From Eledone cirrhosa (taxonomy: Eukaryota), in assembly GCA_964016885.1 (NCBI GenBank), contig OZ024750.1, forward strand, positions 52,328,001 through 52,392,000: a stretch of 64,000 bases of DNA, read 5' to 3'. Within the stretch, counting starts at the first letter, position 1; each line of letters starts with the position of its first letter. Positions 50,301 through 64,000 of this stretch are shown one piece after another. The notes under the pieces were generated by a model, which was not told the DNA's origin, did no database searches, and worked only from the letters and a program-made list of their open reading frames with translations. Made by a program: the position numbers and the translations under genes.

Positions 50301-53300
50301 TACTGGTCTCACCAATATCCTCCTCTTAGTTACTGGTCTCACCAATATCCTCCCCTTAGTTACTGGTCTCACCAATATCCTCCCCTTAGTTACTGGTCTC
50401 ACCAATATCCTCCCCTTAGTTACTGGTCTCACCAATATCCTCCCCTTAGTTACTGGTCTCACCAATATCCTCCCCTTAGTTACTGGTCTCACCAATATCC
50501 TCCCCTTAGTTACTGGTCTCACCAATATCCTCCCCTTAGTTACTGGTCTCACCAATATCCTCCCCTTAGTTACTGGTCTCACCAATATCCTCCTCTTAGT
50601 TACTGGTCTCACCAATATCCTCCCCTTAGTTACTGGTCTCACCAATATCCTCCCCTTAGTTACTGGTCTCACCAATATCCTCCCCTTAGTTACTGGTCTC
50701 ACCAATATCCTCCTCCTTAGTTACTGGTCTCACCAATATCCTCCCCTTAGTTACTGGTCTCACCAATATCCTCCCCTTAGTTACTGGTCTCACCAATATC
50801 CTCCCCTTAGTTACTGGTCTCACCAATATCCTCCCCTTAGTTACTGGTCTCACCAATATCCTCCCCTTAGTTACTGGTCTCACCAATATCCTCCCCTTAG
50901 TTACTGGTCTCACCAATATCCTCCCCTTAGTTACTGGTCTCACCAATATCCTCCCCTTAGTTACTGGTCTCACCAATATCCTCCTCTTAGTTACTGGTCT
51001 CACCAATATCCTCCCTTAGTTACTGGTCTCACCAATATCCTCCCCTTAGTTACTGGTCTCACCAATATCCTCCCCTTAGTTACTGGTCTCACCAATATCC
51101 TCCCCTTAGTTACTGGTCTCACCAATATCCTCCCCTTAGTTACTGGTCTCACCAATATCCTCCCCTTAGTTACTGGTCTCACCAATATCCTCCCCTTAGT
51201 TACTGGTCTCACCAATATCCTTCCCCTTAGTTACTGGTCTCACCAATATCCTCCCCTTAGTTACTGGTCTCACCAATATCCTCCCCTTAGTTACTGGTCT
51301 CACCAATATCCTTCCCCTTAGTTACTGGTCTCACCAATATCTTCCCCTTAGTTACTGGTCTCACCAATATCTTCCCCTTAGTTACTGGTCTCACCAATAT
51401 CCTCCCCTTAGTTACTGGTCTCACCAATATCTTCCCCTTAGTTACTGGTCTCACCAATATCCTCCCCTTAGTTACTGGTCTCACCAATATCCTCCTCTTA
51501 GTTACTGGTCTCACCAATATCTTCCCCTTAGTTACTGGTCTCACCAATATCCTCCTCTTAGTTACTGGTCTCACCAATATCCTTCCCCTTAGTTACTGGT
51601 CTCACCAATATCCTCCCCTTAGTTACTGGTCTCACCAATATCTTCCCCTTAGTTACAGGTCTCACCAATATCCTCCCCTTAGTTACTGGTCTCACCAATA
51701 TCCTCCACTTAGTTACTGGTCTCACCAATATCCTCCCCTTAGTTACTGGTCTCACCAATATCCTCCCCTTAGTTACTGGTCTCACCAATATCCTCCCCTT
51801 AGTNNNNNNNNNNNNNNNNNNNNNNNNNNNNNNNNNNNNNNNNNNNNNNNNNNNNNNNNNNNNNNNNNNNNNNNNNNNNNNNNNNNNNNNNNNNNNNNNN
51901 NNNNNNNNNNNNNNNNNNNNNNNNNNNNNNNNNNNNNNNNNNNNNNNNNNNNNNNNNNNNNNNNNNNNNNNNNNNNNNNNNNNNNNNNNNNNNNNNNNNN
52001 NNNCCTCCCCTTAGTTACTGTCTCTACTCAATATCCCTCCTTAGTTTACTGGGTCTCACCAATATCCTCCCCTTAGTTACTGGTCACACCAATATCCTCC
52101 CCTTAGTTACTGGTCTCACCAATATCCTCCCCTTAGTCTACTGGTCTCACCATATCATCCCTTAGTTCTGGTCTCACCAATATCCTCCCCCTTAGTTACT
52201 GGTCTCACTAATATCCTCCTTAGTTACTGGTCTTCACCAATATCCTCCCCTTAGTTACTGGTCTCACCATATCCTCCCCTTAGTTACTGGTCTCACCAAT
52301 ATCCTCCCCTTAGTTACTGTCTCACCAATATCCTCCTTAGTTACTGGTCTCACCAATATCCTCCCTTAGTTACTGGTCTCACTAATATCTCTCCCTTAGT
52401 TACTGGACTCACCAATATCCTCCCCTTAGTTACTGGTCTCACCAATATCCTCCCTTAGTTACTGGTCTCACCAATATCCTCCCCTTAGTTACTGGTCTCA
52501 CCAATATCCTCCCTTAGTTACTGGTCTCACCAATATCCTCCCTTAGTTACTGGTCTCACCAATATCCTCCCTTAGTTACTGGTCTCACCAATATCCTCCC
52601 CTTAGTTACTGGTCTCACCAATATCCTCCTTAGTTACTGGACTCACCAATATCCTCCCCTTAGTTACTGGTCTCACCAATATCCTCCTTAGTTACTGGCT
52701 CACCAATATCCTCCCTTAGTTACTGGTCTCACCAATATCCTCCCCTTAGTTACTGGTCTCACCAATATCCTCCCCTTAGTTACTGGTCTCACCAATATCC
52801 TCCCCTTAGTTACTGGTCTCACCAATATCTCCCCTTAGTTACTGGTCTCACCAATATCCTCCTTAGTTACTGGTCTCACCAATATCCTCCCCTTAGTTAC
52901 TGGTCTCACCAATATCCTCCCTTAGTTACTGGACTCACCAATATCCTCCCCTTAGTTACTGGTCTCACCAATATCCTCCCTTAGTTACTGTCTCACCAAT
53001 ATCCTCCCCTTAGTTACTGTCTCACCAATATCCTCCCTTAGTTACTGGTCTCACCAATATCCTCCCCTTAGTTACTGGTCTCACCAATATCCTCCCCTTA
53101 GTTACTGGACTCACCAATATCCTCCCCTTAGTTACTGGTCTCACCAATATCCTCCCTTAGTTACTGGTCTCACAATATCCCCTTAGTTACTGGTCTCACC
53201 AATATCCTCCCCTTAGTTACTGGTCTCACCAATATCCTCCCCTTAGTTACTGGTCTCACCAATATCCTCCCCTTAGTTACTGGTCTCACCAATATCCTCC

Positions 53301-56300
53301 CTTAGTTACTGGTCTCACCAATCTCCCTTAGTTACTGGTCTCACCAATATCCTCCCCTTAGTTACTGGGTCTCACCAATATCCTCCCCTTAGTTACTGGT
53401 CTCACCAATATCTCCCTTAGTTACTGGTCTCACCAATATCCTCCCTTAGTTACTGGTCTCACCAATATCCTCCCTTAGTTACTGGTCTCACCAATATCCT
53501 CCCCTTAGTTACTGGTCTCACCAATATCCTCCCTTAGTTACTGGTCTCACCAATATCCTCCCCTTAGTTACTGGTCTCACCAATATCCTCCCCTTAGTTA
53601 CTGGTCTCACCAATATCCTCCCTTAGTTACTGGTCTCACCAATATCCTCCTTAGTTACTGGTCTCACCAATATCCTCCCTTAGTTACTGGTCTCACCAAT
53701 ATCCTCCCTTAGTTACTGGTCTCACCAATATCCTCCTTAGTTACTGGTCTCACCAATATCCTCCCTTAGTTACTGGTCTCACCAATATCCTCCCTTAGTT
53801 ACTGTCTCACCAATATCCTCCCTTAGTTACTGGTCTCACCAATATCCTCCCTTAGTTACTGGTCTCACCAATATCCTCCCTTAGTTACTGGTCTCACCAA
53901 TATCCTCCCCTTAGTTACTGGTCTCACCAATATCCTCCCCTTAGTTACTGGTCTCACCAATATCCTCCCTTAGTTACTGGTCTCACCAATATCCTCCCTT
54001 AGTTACTGGTCTCACCAATATCCTCCCTTAGTTACTGGTCTCACCAATATCCTCCCCTTAGTTACTGGTCTCACCAATATCCTCCCCTTAGTTACTGGTC
54101 TCACCAATATCCTCCCCTTAGTTACTGGTCTCACCAATATCCTCCCTTAGTTACTGGTCTCACCAATATCCTCCCCTTAGTTACTGGTCTCACCAATATC
54201 CTCCCTTAGTTACTGGTCTCACCAATATCCTCCCCTTAGTTACTGGTCTCACCAATATCCTCCCCTTAGTTACTGGTCTCAACCAATATCCTCCCTTAGT
54301 TACTGGTCTCACCAATATCCTCCCTTAGTTACTGGTCTCACCAATATCCTCCCCTTAGTTACTGGTCTCACCAATATCCTCCCTTAGTTACTGGTCTCAC
54401 CAATATCCTCCCCTTAGTTACTGGTCTCACCAATATCCTCCCCTTAGTTACTGGTCTCACCAATATCCTCCCCTTAGTTACTGGTCTCACCAATATCCTC
54501 CTTAGTTACTGGTCTCACCAATATCCTCCCCTTAGTTACTGGTCTCACCAATATCCTCCCCTTAGTTACTGGTCTCACCAATATCCTCCCCTTAGTTACT
54601 GGTCTCACCAATATCCTCCCCTTAGTTACTGGTCTCACCAATATCCTCCCCTTAGTTACTGGTCTCACCAATATCCTCCCCTTAGTTACTGGTCTCACCA
54701 ATATCCTCCCCTTAGTTACTGGTCTCACCAATATCCTCCCTTAGTTACTGGTCTCACCAATATCCTCCCCTTAGTTACTGGTCTCACCAATATCCTCCCC
54801 TTAGTTACTGGTCTCACCAATATCCTCCTTAGTTACTGGTCTCACCAATATCCTCCCCTTAGTTACTGGTCTCACCAATATCCTCCCCTTAGTTACTGGT
54901 CTCACCAATATCTCTCCTTAGTTACTGGTCTCACCAATATCCTCCCCTTAGTTACTGGTCTCACCAATATCCTCCCCTTAGTTACTGGTCTCACCAATAT
55001 CCTCCCTTAGTTACTGGACTCACCAATATCCTCCCCTTAGTTACTGGTCTCACCAATATCCTCCTTAGTTACTGGACTCACCAATATCCTCCCCTTAGTT
55101 ACTGGTCTCACCAATATCCTCCCCTTAGTTACTGGTCTCACCAATATCCTCCCCTTAGTTACTGGTCTCACCAATATCCTCCCTTAGTTACTGGTCTCAC
55201 CAATATCCTCCTTAGTTACTGGTCTCACCAATATCCTCCCCTTAGTTACTGGTCTCACCAATATCCTCCCCTTAGTTACTGGTCTCACCAATATCCTCCC
55301 CTTAGTTACTGGTCTCACCAATATCCTCCCTTAGTTACTGGTCTCACCAATATCCTCCCTTAGTTACTGGACTCACCAATATCCTCCCCTTAGTTACTGG
55401 ACTCACCAATATCCTCCTTAGTTACTGGACTCACCAATATCCTCCCCTTAGTTACTGGACTCACCAATATCCTCCTTAGTTACTGGACTCACCAATATCC
55501 TCCCTTAGTTACTGGACTCACCAATATCCTCCCCTTAGTTACTGGAATCCTCTACCAATATCCTCCCCTTAGTTACTGTCTCACCAATATCCTCCCCTTA
55601 GTTACTGTCTCACCAATATCCTCCCCTTAGTTACTGGTCTCACCAATATCCTCCCCTTAGTTACTGGTCTCACCAATATCCTCCCCTTAGTTACTGGACT
55701 CACCAATATCCTCCCCTTAGTTACTGGACTCACCAATATCCTCCCCTTAGTTACTGGTCTCACCAATATCCTCCTTAGTTACTGACTCACCAATATCCTC
55801 CCCTAGTTACTGGCTCACCAATATCCTCCCCTTAGTTACTGGTCTCACCAATATCCTCCCTTAGTTACTGGTCTCACCAATATCCTCCCTTAGTTACTGG
55901 ACTCACCAATATCCTCCCTTAGTTACTGGACTCACCAATATCCTCCCCTTAGTTACTGGTCTCACCAATATCCTCCCTTAGTTACAGGTCTCACCAATAT
56001 CCTCCCCTTAGTTACTGGTCTCACCAATATCCTCCCCTTAGTTACAGGTCTCACCAATATCCTCCCCTTAGTTACTGGTCTCACCAATATCCTCCTCTTA
56101 GTTACTGGTCTCACCAATATCCTCCCTTAGTTACAGGTCTCACCAATATCCTCCCCTTAGTTACTGGTCTCACCAATATCCTCCCTTAGTTACTGGACTC
56201 ACCAATATCCTCCCTTAGTTACTGGTCTCACCAATATCCTCCCCTTAGTTACTGGTCTCACCAATATCCTCCCTTAGTTACTGGACTCACCAATATCCTC

Positions 56301-59300
56301 CCCTTAGTTACTGGACTCACCAATATCCTCCTTAGTTACTGGACTCACCAATATCCTCCCCTTAGTTACTGGTCTCACCAATATCCTCCTTAGTTACTGG
56401 TCTCACCAATATCCTCCTTAGTTACTGGTCTCACCAATATCCTCCCCTTAGTTACTGGTCTCACCAATATCCTCCAATCCCCTTAGTTACTGGTCTCACC
56501 AATATCCTCCTTAGTTACTGGACTCACCAATATCCTCCTTAGTTACTGGTCTCACCAATATCCTTCCTTAGTTACTGGACTCACCAATATCCTCCCCTTA
56601 GTTACTGGTCTCACCAATATCTTCCCTTAGTTACTGGTCTCACCAATATCCTCCCCTTAGTTACTGGTCTCACCAATATCCTCCCCTTAGTTACTGGTCC
56701 TCACCAATATCCTCCTTAGTTACTGGACTCACCAATATCCTCCTTAGTTACTGGTCTCACCAATATCCTCTCCTTAGTTACTGGTCTCACCAATATCCTC
56801 CTTAGTTACTGGACTCACCAATATCCTCCTTAGTTACTGGACTCACCAATATCCTCCCCTTAGTTACTGGTCTCACCAATATCCTCCTTAGTTACTGGTC
56901 TCACCAATATCCTCCCCTTAGTTACTGGTCTCACCAATATCCTCCTCTAGTTACTGGTCTCACCAATATCCTCCCCTTAGTTACTGGTCTCACCAATATC
57001 CTCCCCTTAGTTACTGGTCTCACCAATATCCTCCCCTTAGTTACTGGTCTCACCAATATCCTCCCCTTAGTTACTGGTCTCACCAATATCCTCCTTAGTT
57101 ACTGGTCTCACCAATATCCTCCCCTTAGTTACTGGTCTCACCAATATCCCCCCCTTAGTTACTGGTCACACCAATATCTTCCCCTTAGTTACTGGTCTCA
57201 CCAAAATCCTCCTTAGTTACTGGTCTCACCAATATCCTCCCCTTAGTTACTGGTCTCACCAATATCCTCCTTAGTTACTGGTCTCACCAATATCCTCCCC
57301 TTAGTTACTGGTCATACCAATATCCTCCCCTTAGTTACTGGTCTCACCAATATCCTCCCCTTAGTTACTGGTCTCACCAATATCCTCCCCTTAGTTACTG
57401 GTCTCACCAATATCTCCCCTTAGTTACTGGTCTCACCAAAATCCTCCTTAGTTACTGGACTCACCAATATCCCCCTTAGTTACTGGTCTCACCAATATCT
57501 TCCCCTTAGTTACTGGTCATACCAATATCCTCCCCTTAGTTACTGGTCTCAACCAATATCCTCCCCTTAGTTACAGGTCTCACCAATATCCTCCTTAGTT
57601 ACTGGTCTCACCAATATCCTCCCTTAGTTACTGGTCTCACCAATAACCTCCTTAGTTACTGGTCTCAACAATATCCTCCTTAGTTACTGGTCTCACCAAT
57701 AACCTCCTTAGTTACTGGTCTCACCAATATCCTCCCCTTAGTTACTGGTCTCACCAATATCTCCTCACCCCTTAGTTACTGGTCTCACCAATATCCTCTC
57801 CTTAGTTACTAGTCTCACCAATATCCTCCCCTTAGTTACTGGTCTCACCAATATCCTCCCCTTAGTTACTGGTCTCACCAATATCCTCCCCTTAGTTACT
57901 GGTCTCACCAATATCCTCCCCTTAGTTACTGGTCTCACCAATATCCTCCTCTTAGTTACTGGTCTCACCAATATCCTCCCCTTAGTTACTGGTCTCACCA
58001 ATATCCTCCCCTTAGTTACTGGTCTCACCAATATCCTCCCCTTAGTTACTGGTTTCACCAATATCCTCCCCTTAGTTACTGGTCTCACCAATATCCTCCC
58101 CTTAGTTACTGGTCTCACCCATATCCTCCCCTTAGTTACTGGTCTCACCAATATCCTCTTAGTTACTGGTCTCACCAATATCCCCTTAGTTACTGGTCTC
58201 ACCAATATCCTCCCCTTAGTTACTGGTCTCACCAACATCCTCCCCTTAGTTACTGGTCTCACCAATATCCTCCCCTTAGTTACTGTTCTCACCAATATCC
58301 TCCCCTTAGTTACTGGTCTCACCAATATCCTCCTCTTAGTTACTGGTCTCACCAATATCCTCCCCTTAGTTACTGGTCTCACCAATATCCTCCCCTTAGT
58401 TACTGGTCTCACCAATATCCTCCCCTTAGTTACTGGTCACACCAATATCCTCCCCTTAGTTACTGGTCTCACCAATATCTTCCACTTAGTTACTGGTCTC
58501 ACCAATATCCTCCCCTTAGTTACTGGTCTCACCAATATCCTCCCCTTAGTTACTGGTCTCACCAATATCCTCCCCTTAGTTACTGGTCTCACCAATATCT
58601 TCCACTTAGTTACTGGTCTCACCAATATCCTCCCCTTAGTTACTGGTCACACCAATATCCTCCCCTTAGTTACTGGTCTCACCAATATCCTCCCCTTAGT
58701 TACTGGTCTCACCAATATCTTCCACTTAGTTACTGGTCACACCAATATCCTCCCCTTAGTTACTGGTCTCACCAATATCCTCCCCTTAGTTACTGGTCTC
58801 ACCAATATCCTCCCCTTAGTTACTGGTCTCACCAATATCCTCCCCTTAGTTACTGGTCTCACCAATATCTTCCACTTAGTTACTGGTCACACCAATATCC
58901 TCCCCTTAGTTACTGGTCTCACCAATATCCTCCCCTTAGTTACTGGTCTCACCAATATCCTCCCCTTAGTTACTGATCTCACCAATATCCTCCCCTTAGT
59001 TACTGGTCTCACCAATATCCTCTCCTTAGTTACTGGTCTCACCAATATCCTCCCCTTAGTTACTGGTCTCACCAATATCCTCCCCTTAGTTACTGGTCTC
59101 ACCAATATCCTCCCCTTAGTTACTGGTTTCACCAATATCCTCCTCTTAGTTACTGGTCTCACCAATATCCTCCCCTTAGTTACTGGTCTCACCAATATCC
59201 TCCCCTTAGTTACTGGTCTCACCAATATCCTCCCCTTAGTTACTGGTCTCACCAATATCCTCCCCTTAGTTACTGGTCTCACCAATATCCTCCCCTTAGT

Positions 59301-62300
59301 TACTGGTCTCACCAATATCCTCCTCTTAGTTACTGGTCTCACCAATATCCCCTTAGTTACTGGTGTCACCAATATCACCTTAGTTACTGGTCTCACCAAT
59401 ATCCTCCCCTTAGTTACTGGTCCACCAATATCACCTTAGTTACTGGTCACACCAATATCTTTCTTAGTTACTGGTCTCACCAATATCCTCCCCTTAGTTA
59501 CTGGTCACACCAATATCCTCCCCTTAGTTACTGGTCTCACCAATATCCTCCCCTTAGTTACCGGTCACACCAATATCCTCCCCTTAGTTACTGGTCCACC
59601 AATATCACCTTAGTTACTGGTCACACCAATATCTTTCTTAGTTACTGGTCTCACCAATATCCTCCCCTTAGTTACCGGTCACACCAATATCCTCCCCTTA
59701 GTTACTGGTCCACCAATATCACCTTAGTTACTGGTCACACCAATATCTTTCTTAGTTACTGGTCTCACCAATATCCTCCCCTTAGTTACCGGTCACACCA
59801 ATATCCTCCCCTTAGTTACTGGTCTCACCAATATCCTCCCCTTAGTTACTGGTCCACCAATATCACCTTAGTTACTGGTCACACCAATATCCTCCCCTTA
59901 GTTACTGGTCTCACCAATATCCTCCCCTTAGTTACTGGTCCACCAATATCACCTTAGTTACTGGTCTCACCAATATCCTCCCCTTAGTTACCGGTCACAC
60001 CAATATCCTCCCCTTAGTTACTGGTCACACCAATATCCTCCCCTTAGTTACTGGTCCACCAATATCACCTTAGTTACTGGTCTCACCAATATCTTTCTTA
60101 GTTACTGGTCACACCAATATCCTCCCCTTAGTTACTGGTCTCACCATTATCCTCCCCTTAGTTACTGGTCTCACCAATATCCTCCCCTTAGTTACTGGTC
60201 CACCAATATCACCTTAGTTACTGGTCACACCAATATCCTCCCCTTAGTTACTGGTCACACCAATATCCTCCCCTTAGTTACTGGTCACACCAATATCCTC
60301 CCCTTAGTTACTGGTCACACCAATATCCTCCCCTTAGTTACTGGTCACACCAATATCCTCCCCTTAGTTACTGGTCACACCAATATCCTCCCCTTAGTTA
60401 CTGGTCACACCAATATCCTCCCCTTAGTTACTGGTCTCACCAATATCTTCCACTTAGTTACTGGTCTCACCAATATCCTCCCCTTAGTTACTGGTCTCAC
60501 CAATATCCTCCCCTTAGTTACTGGTCCACCAATATCACCTTAGTTACTGGTCTCACCAATATCTTTCTTAGTTACTGGTCACACCAATATCCTCCCCTTA
60601 GTTACTGGTCTCACCATTATCCTCCCCTTAGTTACTGGTCTCACCAATATCCTCCCCTTAGTTACTGGTCCACCAATATCACCTTAGTTACTGGTCACAC
60701 CAATATCCTCCCCTTAGTTACTGGTCACACCAATATCCTCCCCTTAGTTACTGGTCACACCAATATCCTCCCCTTAGTTACTGGTCACACCAATATCCTC
60801 CCCTTAGTTACTGGTCACACCAATATCCTCCCCTTAGTTACTGGTCACACCAATATCCTCCCCTTAGTTACTGGTCTCACCAATATCTTCCACTTAGTTA
60901 CTGGTCTCACCAATATCCTCCCCTTAGTTACTGGTCTCACCAATATCCTCCCCTTAGTTACTGGTCTCACCAATATCCTCCCCTTAGTTACTGGTCTCAC
61001 CAATATCTTCCACTTAGTTACTGGTCTCACCAATATCCTCCCCTTAGTTACTGGTCACACCAATATCCTCCCCTTAGTTACTGGTCTCACCAATATCCTC
61101 CCCTTAGTTACTGGTCTCACCAATATCTTCCACTTAGTTACTGGTCACACCAATATCCTCCCCTTAGTTACTGGTCTCACCAATATCCTCCCCTTAGTTA
61201 CTGGTCTCACCAATATCCTCCCCTTAGTTACTGGTCTCACCAATATCCTCCCCTTAGTTACTGGTCTCACCAATATCCTCCCCTTAGTTACTGGTCTCAC
61301 CAATATCCTCCCCTTAGTTACAGGTCTCACCAATATCTTCCACTTAGTTACTGGTCTCACCAATATCCTCCCCTTAGTTACTGGTCTCACCAATATCCTC
61401 CCCTTAGTTACTGGTCTCACCAATATCCTCCCCTTAGTTACTGGTCTCACCAATATCCTCCCCTTAGTTACTGGTCTCACCAATATCCTCCCCTTAGTTA
61501 CAGGTCTCACCAATATCTTCCACTTAGTTACAGGTCTCACCAATATCTTCCACTTAGTTACTGGTCTCACCAATATCCTCCCCTTAGTTACTGGTCACAC
61601 CAATATCCTCTCCTTAGTTACTGGTCTCACCAATATCCTCCCCTTAGTTACTGGTCTCACCAATATCTTCCACTTAGTTACTGGTCACACCAATATCCTC
61701 CCCTTAGTTACTGGTCTCACCAATATCCTCCCCTTAGTTACTGGTCTCACCAATATCCCCTTAGTTACTGGTCTCACCAATATCCTCCCCTTAGTTACAG
61801 GTCTCACCAATATCTTCCACTTAGTTACTGGTCTCACCAATATCCTCCCCTTAGTTACTGGTCTCACCAATATCCTCCCCTTAGTTACTGGTCACACCAA
61901 TATCCTCCCCTTAGTTACTGGTCCACCAATATCACCTTAGTTACTGGTCTCACCAATATCTTTCTTAGTTACTGGTCTCACCAATATCCTCCCCTTAGTT
62001 ACTGGTCTCACCAATATCCTCCCCTTAGTTACTGGTCTCACCAATATCCTCCCCTTAGTTACTGGTCTCACCAATATCCTCCCCTTAGTTACTGGTCTCA
62101 CCAATATCCTCCCCTTAGTTACTGGTCTCACCAATATCCTCCCCTTAGTTACTGGTCACACCAATATCCTCCCCTTAGTTACTGGTCTCACCAATATCCT
62201 CCCCTTAGTTACTGGTCTCACCATTATCCTCCTTAGTTACTGGTCTCACCAATATCCCCTTAGTTACTGGTCTCACCAATATCCCCTTAGTTACTGGTCT

Positions 62301-62741
62301 CACCAATATCCTCCCCTTAGTTACTATTCTCACCATTATCCTCCTTAGTTACTGGTCTCACCAATATCCTCCCCTTAGTTACTGGTCTCACCAACATCAT
62401 CCTTAGTTACTGGTCTCACCATTATCCTCCTTAGTTACTGGTCTTACCAATATCCTCCTCTTAGTTACTGGTCTCACCAATATCCCCTTAGTTACTGGTC
62501 TCACCAATATCCTCCCCTTAGTTACTGGTCTCACCAATATCCTCCCCTTAGTTACAGGTCTCACCAATATCCTCCCCTTAGTTACAGGTCTCACCAATAT
62601 CCTCCCCTTAGTTACAGGTCTCACCAATATCCTCCCCTTAGTTACAGGTCTCACCAATATCCTCCCCTTAGTTACTGGTCTTACCAATATCCTCACCTTA
62701 GTTACTGGTCTCAACAATATCCCCCTCTTAGTTACTGGTCT
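35330..62741. repeat. 30-bp satellite array, about 27 kb (roughly 900 assembled monomers)
   Basis: Consensus CCCCTTAGTTACTGGTCTCACCAATATCCT in tandem, with 27-29-bp variants. Orientation is the same on both sides of the gap. Confidence 0.99.
51804..52003. other. Assembly gap (200 N)
   Basis: Run of N inside the satellite. Indel-rich monomers flank it. Confidence 1.
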
Positions 62742-62826
62742 GCCAGGAGGGGTGTGTGGTGTGTAGTGTGCCAGGAGGGGTGTGTGGTGTGTAGTGTGCC
62801 AGGAGGGGTGTGTGGTGTGTAGTGTG
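62741..62826. repeat. 28-bp G-rich tandem repeat (3 copies) at the satellite's right edge
   Basis: TGCCAGGAGGGGTGTGTGGTGTGTAGTG x3. Confidence 0.9.
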
Positions 62827-63759
62827 CGAGTAGGGGTGTGTGGATTGTCGGGGGTGTCTAACAAGTGTTAGATTTTAACCCCTTTTTTACAATATTCCTA
62901 ATAAAAGATGTTTCATATGATTTTAAGAATAAAAAAATAAAATTGAAAGCTTTTGATAATCTAAGTTGATCTCTGGAACATAACTGACGTATTCAAAAAA
63001 AGAGTTTTAAATATAAACTTTATAAAACAAAAGGGTTTTCATCTTAGCGCCATAGATAGTTCGGTATAAAAAGGTTTTTAGTGGAACTTAATTTAGGCAG
63101 AAGGTCAGCAATTTTGGGGGAAGGGAAAATCAATTATATCAACTCAGTACATAGCTTTAGAATTTAATGTGTTGTCAATATGGATGAAAACTGTTGGTTA
63201 TGGTTGATTGTTGTTTAGATGGCTTCTGGTTGTGAAGGATGCCAACTAAGACTTGATCAACCTCAGGTCACTTGGATGACGGTATGTATGTTATAAGACC
63301 TGAAACACACTGACTCCAGGTACAATAGAAGGAATTATTCAATGATTGACATCTGTTGATGTCTGGAGACCTATATAAAATAAAGTAATATAAGATTCAT
63401 AATATCATCATCATCATCATCATCTTCGTTTAACGTCCATTTTCCACGCTAGCATGGGTTAGACAATATATATATAATTATCACCACTTAACATCTGTTT
63501 TCTATTCTGGTAGGGGTTTTAATGGAATTTTGGGGGCAATGACGTACAGCTAGATGCCCTTCCTGACACCAACCCTTTTCATTGCTTTTTACAACATAAA
63601 GATATGGTGTACCTATTCTAAACCAGATGTGTGTGCACACATATGCATGTATATGTATATGTGCACACACATATACATGCATATGTGTGCACACACACAC
63701 ATGCATGTATATGTGTGCACACATATACATCGATGTGTGTGCACACATATGCATGTATA

Positions 63760-64000
63760 TGTGGATTTACTAGAGGCGACGGATGAGGTTTGTGGCTGGA
63801 CTAAGACCTCAAGCAGGAGGAGAGTGACTTGGTGGTGGAACAATAAGGTAGATGAAGCAGTCAAGGCCAAGAGACAGGCATGGAAAGAATGGAAGAACGG
63901 GGGGAGCAGGGTACATTACATAGAGACCAAGAGGGAAGCTAGGCGACAAGTATACTTAGCTAGGAGGGAAGCAGAGGATAGAAAATTCAAGCATGTTTTA
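63760..64000 (+). mobile_element. RTE LINE fragment (EN-RT linker), continues beyond the window
   Basis: ATDEVCGWTK..RRVTWWWNNKVDEAVKAKRQAWKEWK..KREARRQVYLARREAE, homologous to 24540-24770 (-). Confidence 0.88.

Noticed and set aside
35330-62741. CRISPR array (30-bp repeat with hairpin)
   Set aside because: Monomers are directly adjacent with no unique spacers, there are no cas genes, and the context is eukaryotic.
35330-62741. Telomeric repeat
   Set aside because: CCCTTAG only superficially resembles CCCTAA. No (TTAGGG)n tracts are present.
62875-63080. piggyBac-type MITE (TTAACCC… …AAAAAGGTTTTTA)
   Set aside because: The termini are too degenerate and the right TTAA TSD is not clear.

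Overview
Eukaryotic, AT-rich, repeat-dense animal DNA. The SINE/LINE repertoire resembles cephalopod (octopus-like) genomes, which is an inference. The only host gene recognised is the 3' end (last three coding exons, + strand) of a WD40 gene matching WDR77/MEP50. Its introns hold RTE LINE pieces, a DD37D (maT-type) Tc1/mariner, a 71-bp minisatellite and a piggyBac remnant. Downstream lie a Tx1/L1-like fragment and a near-intact Gypsy LTR retrotransposon. That element has a 5-bp TSD and a -1 frameshift slippery site with a predicted pseudoknot, and it is nested inside an 8-bp-TSD MITE. Next come a near full-length RTE LINE with a PHD-like finger, and two Penelope-like elements in inverted (foldback) arrangements. 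A cluster of five hammerhead-ribozyme-like motifs with covarying stems lies at 25.5-31.5 kb. About 27 kb of a 30-bp satellite with higher-order structure and an assembly gap follows. No prokaryotic genes or CRISPR arrays were found. All calls were made by eye with no database searches.
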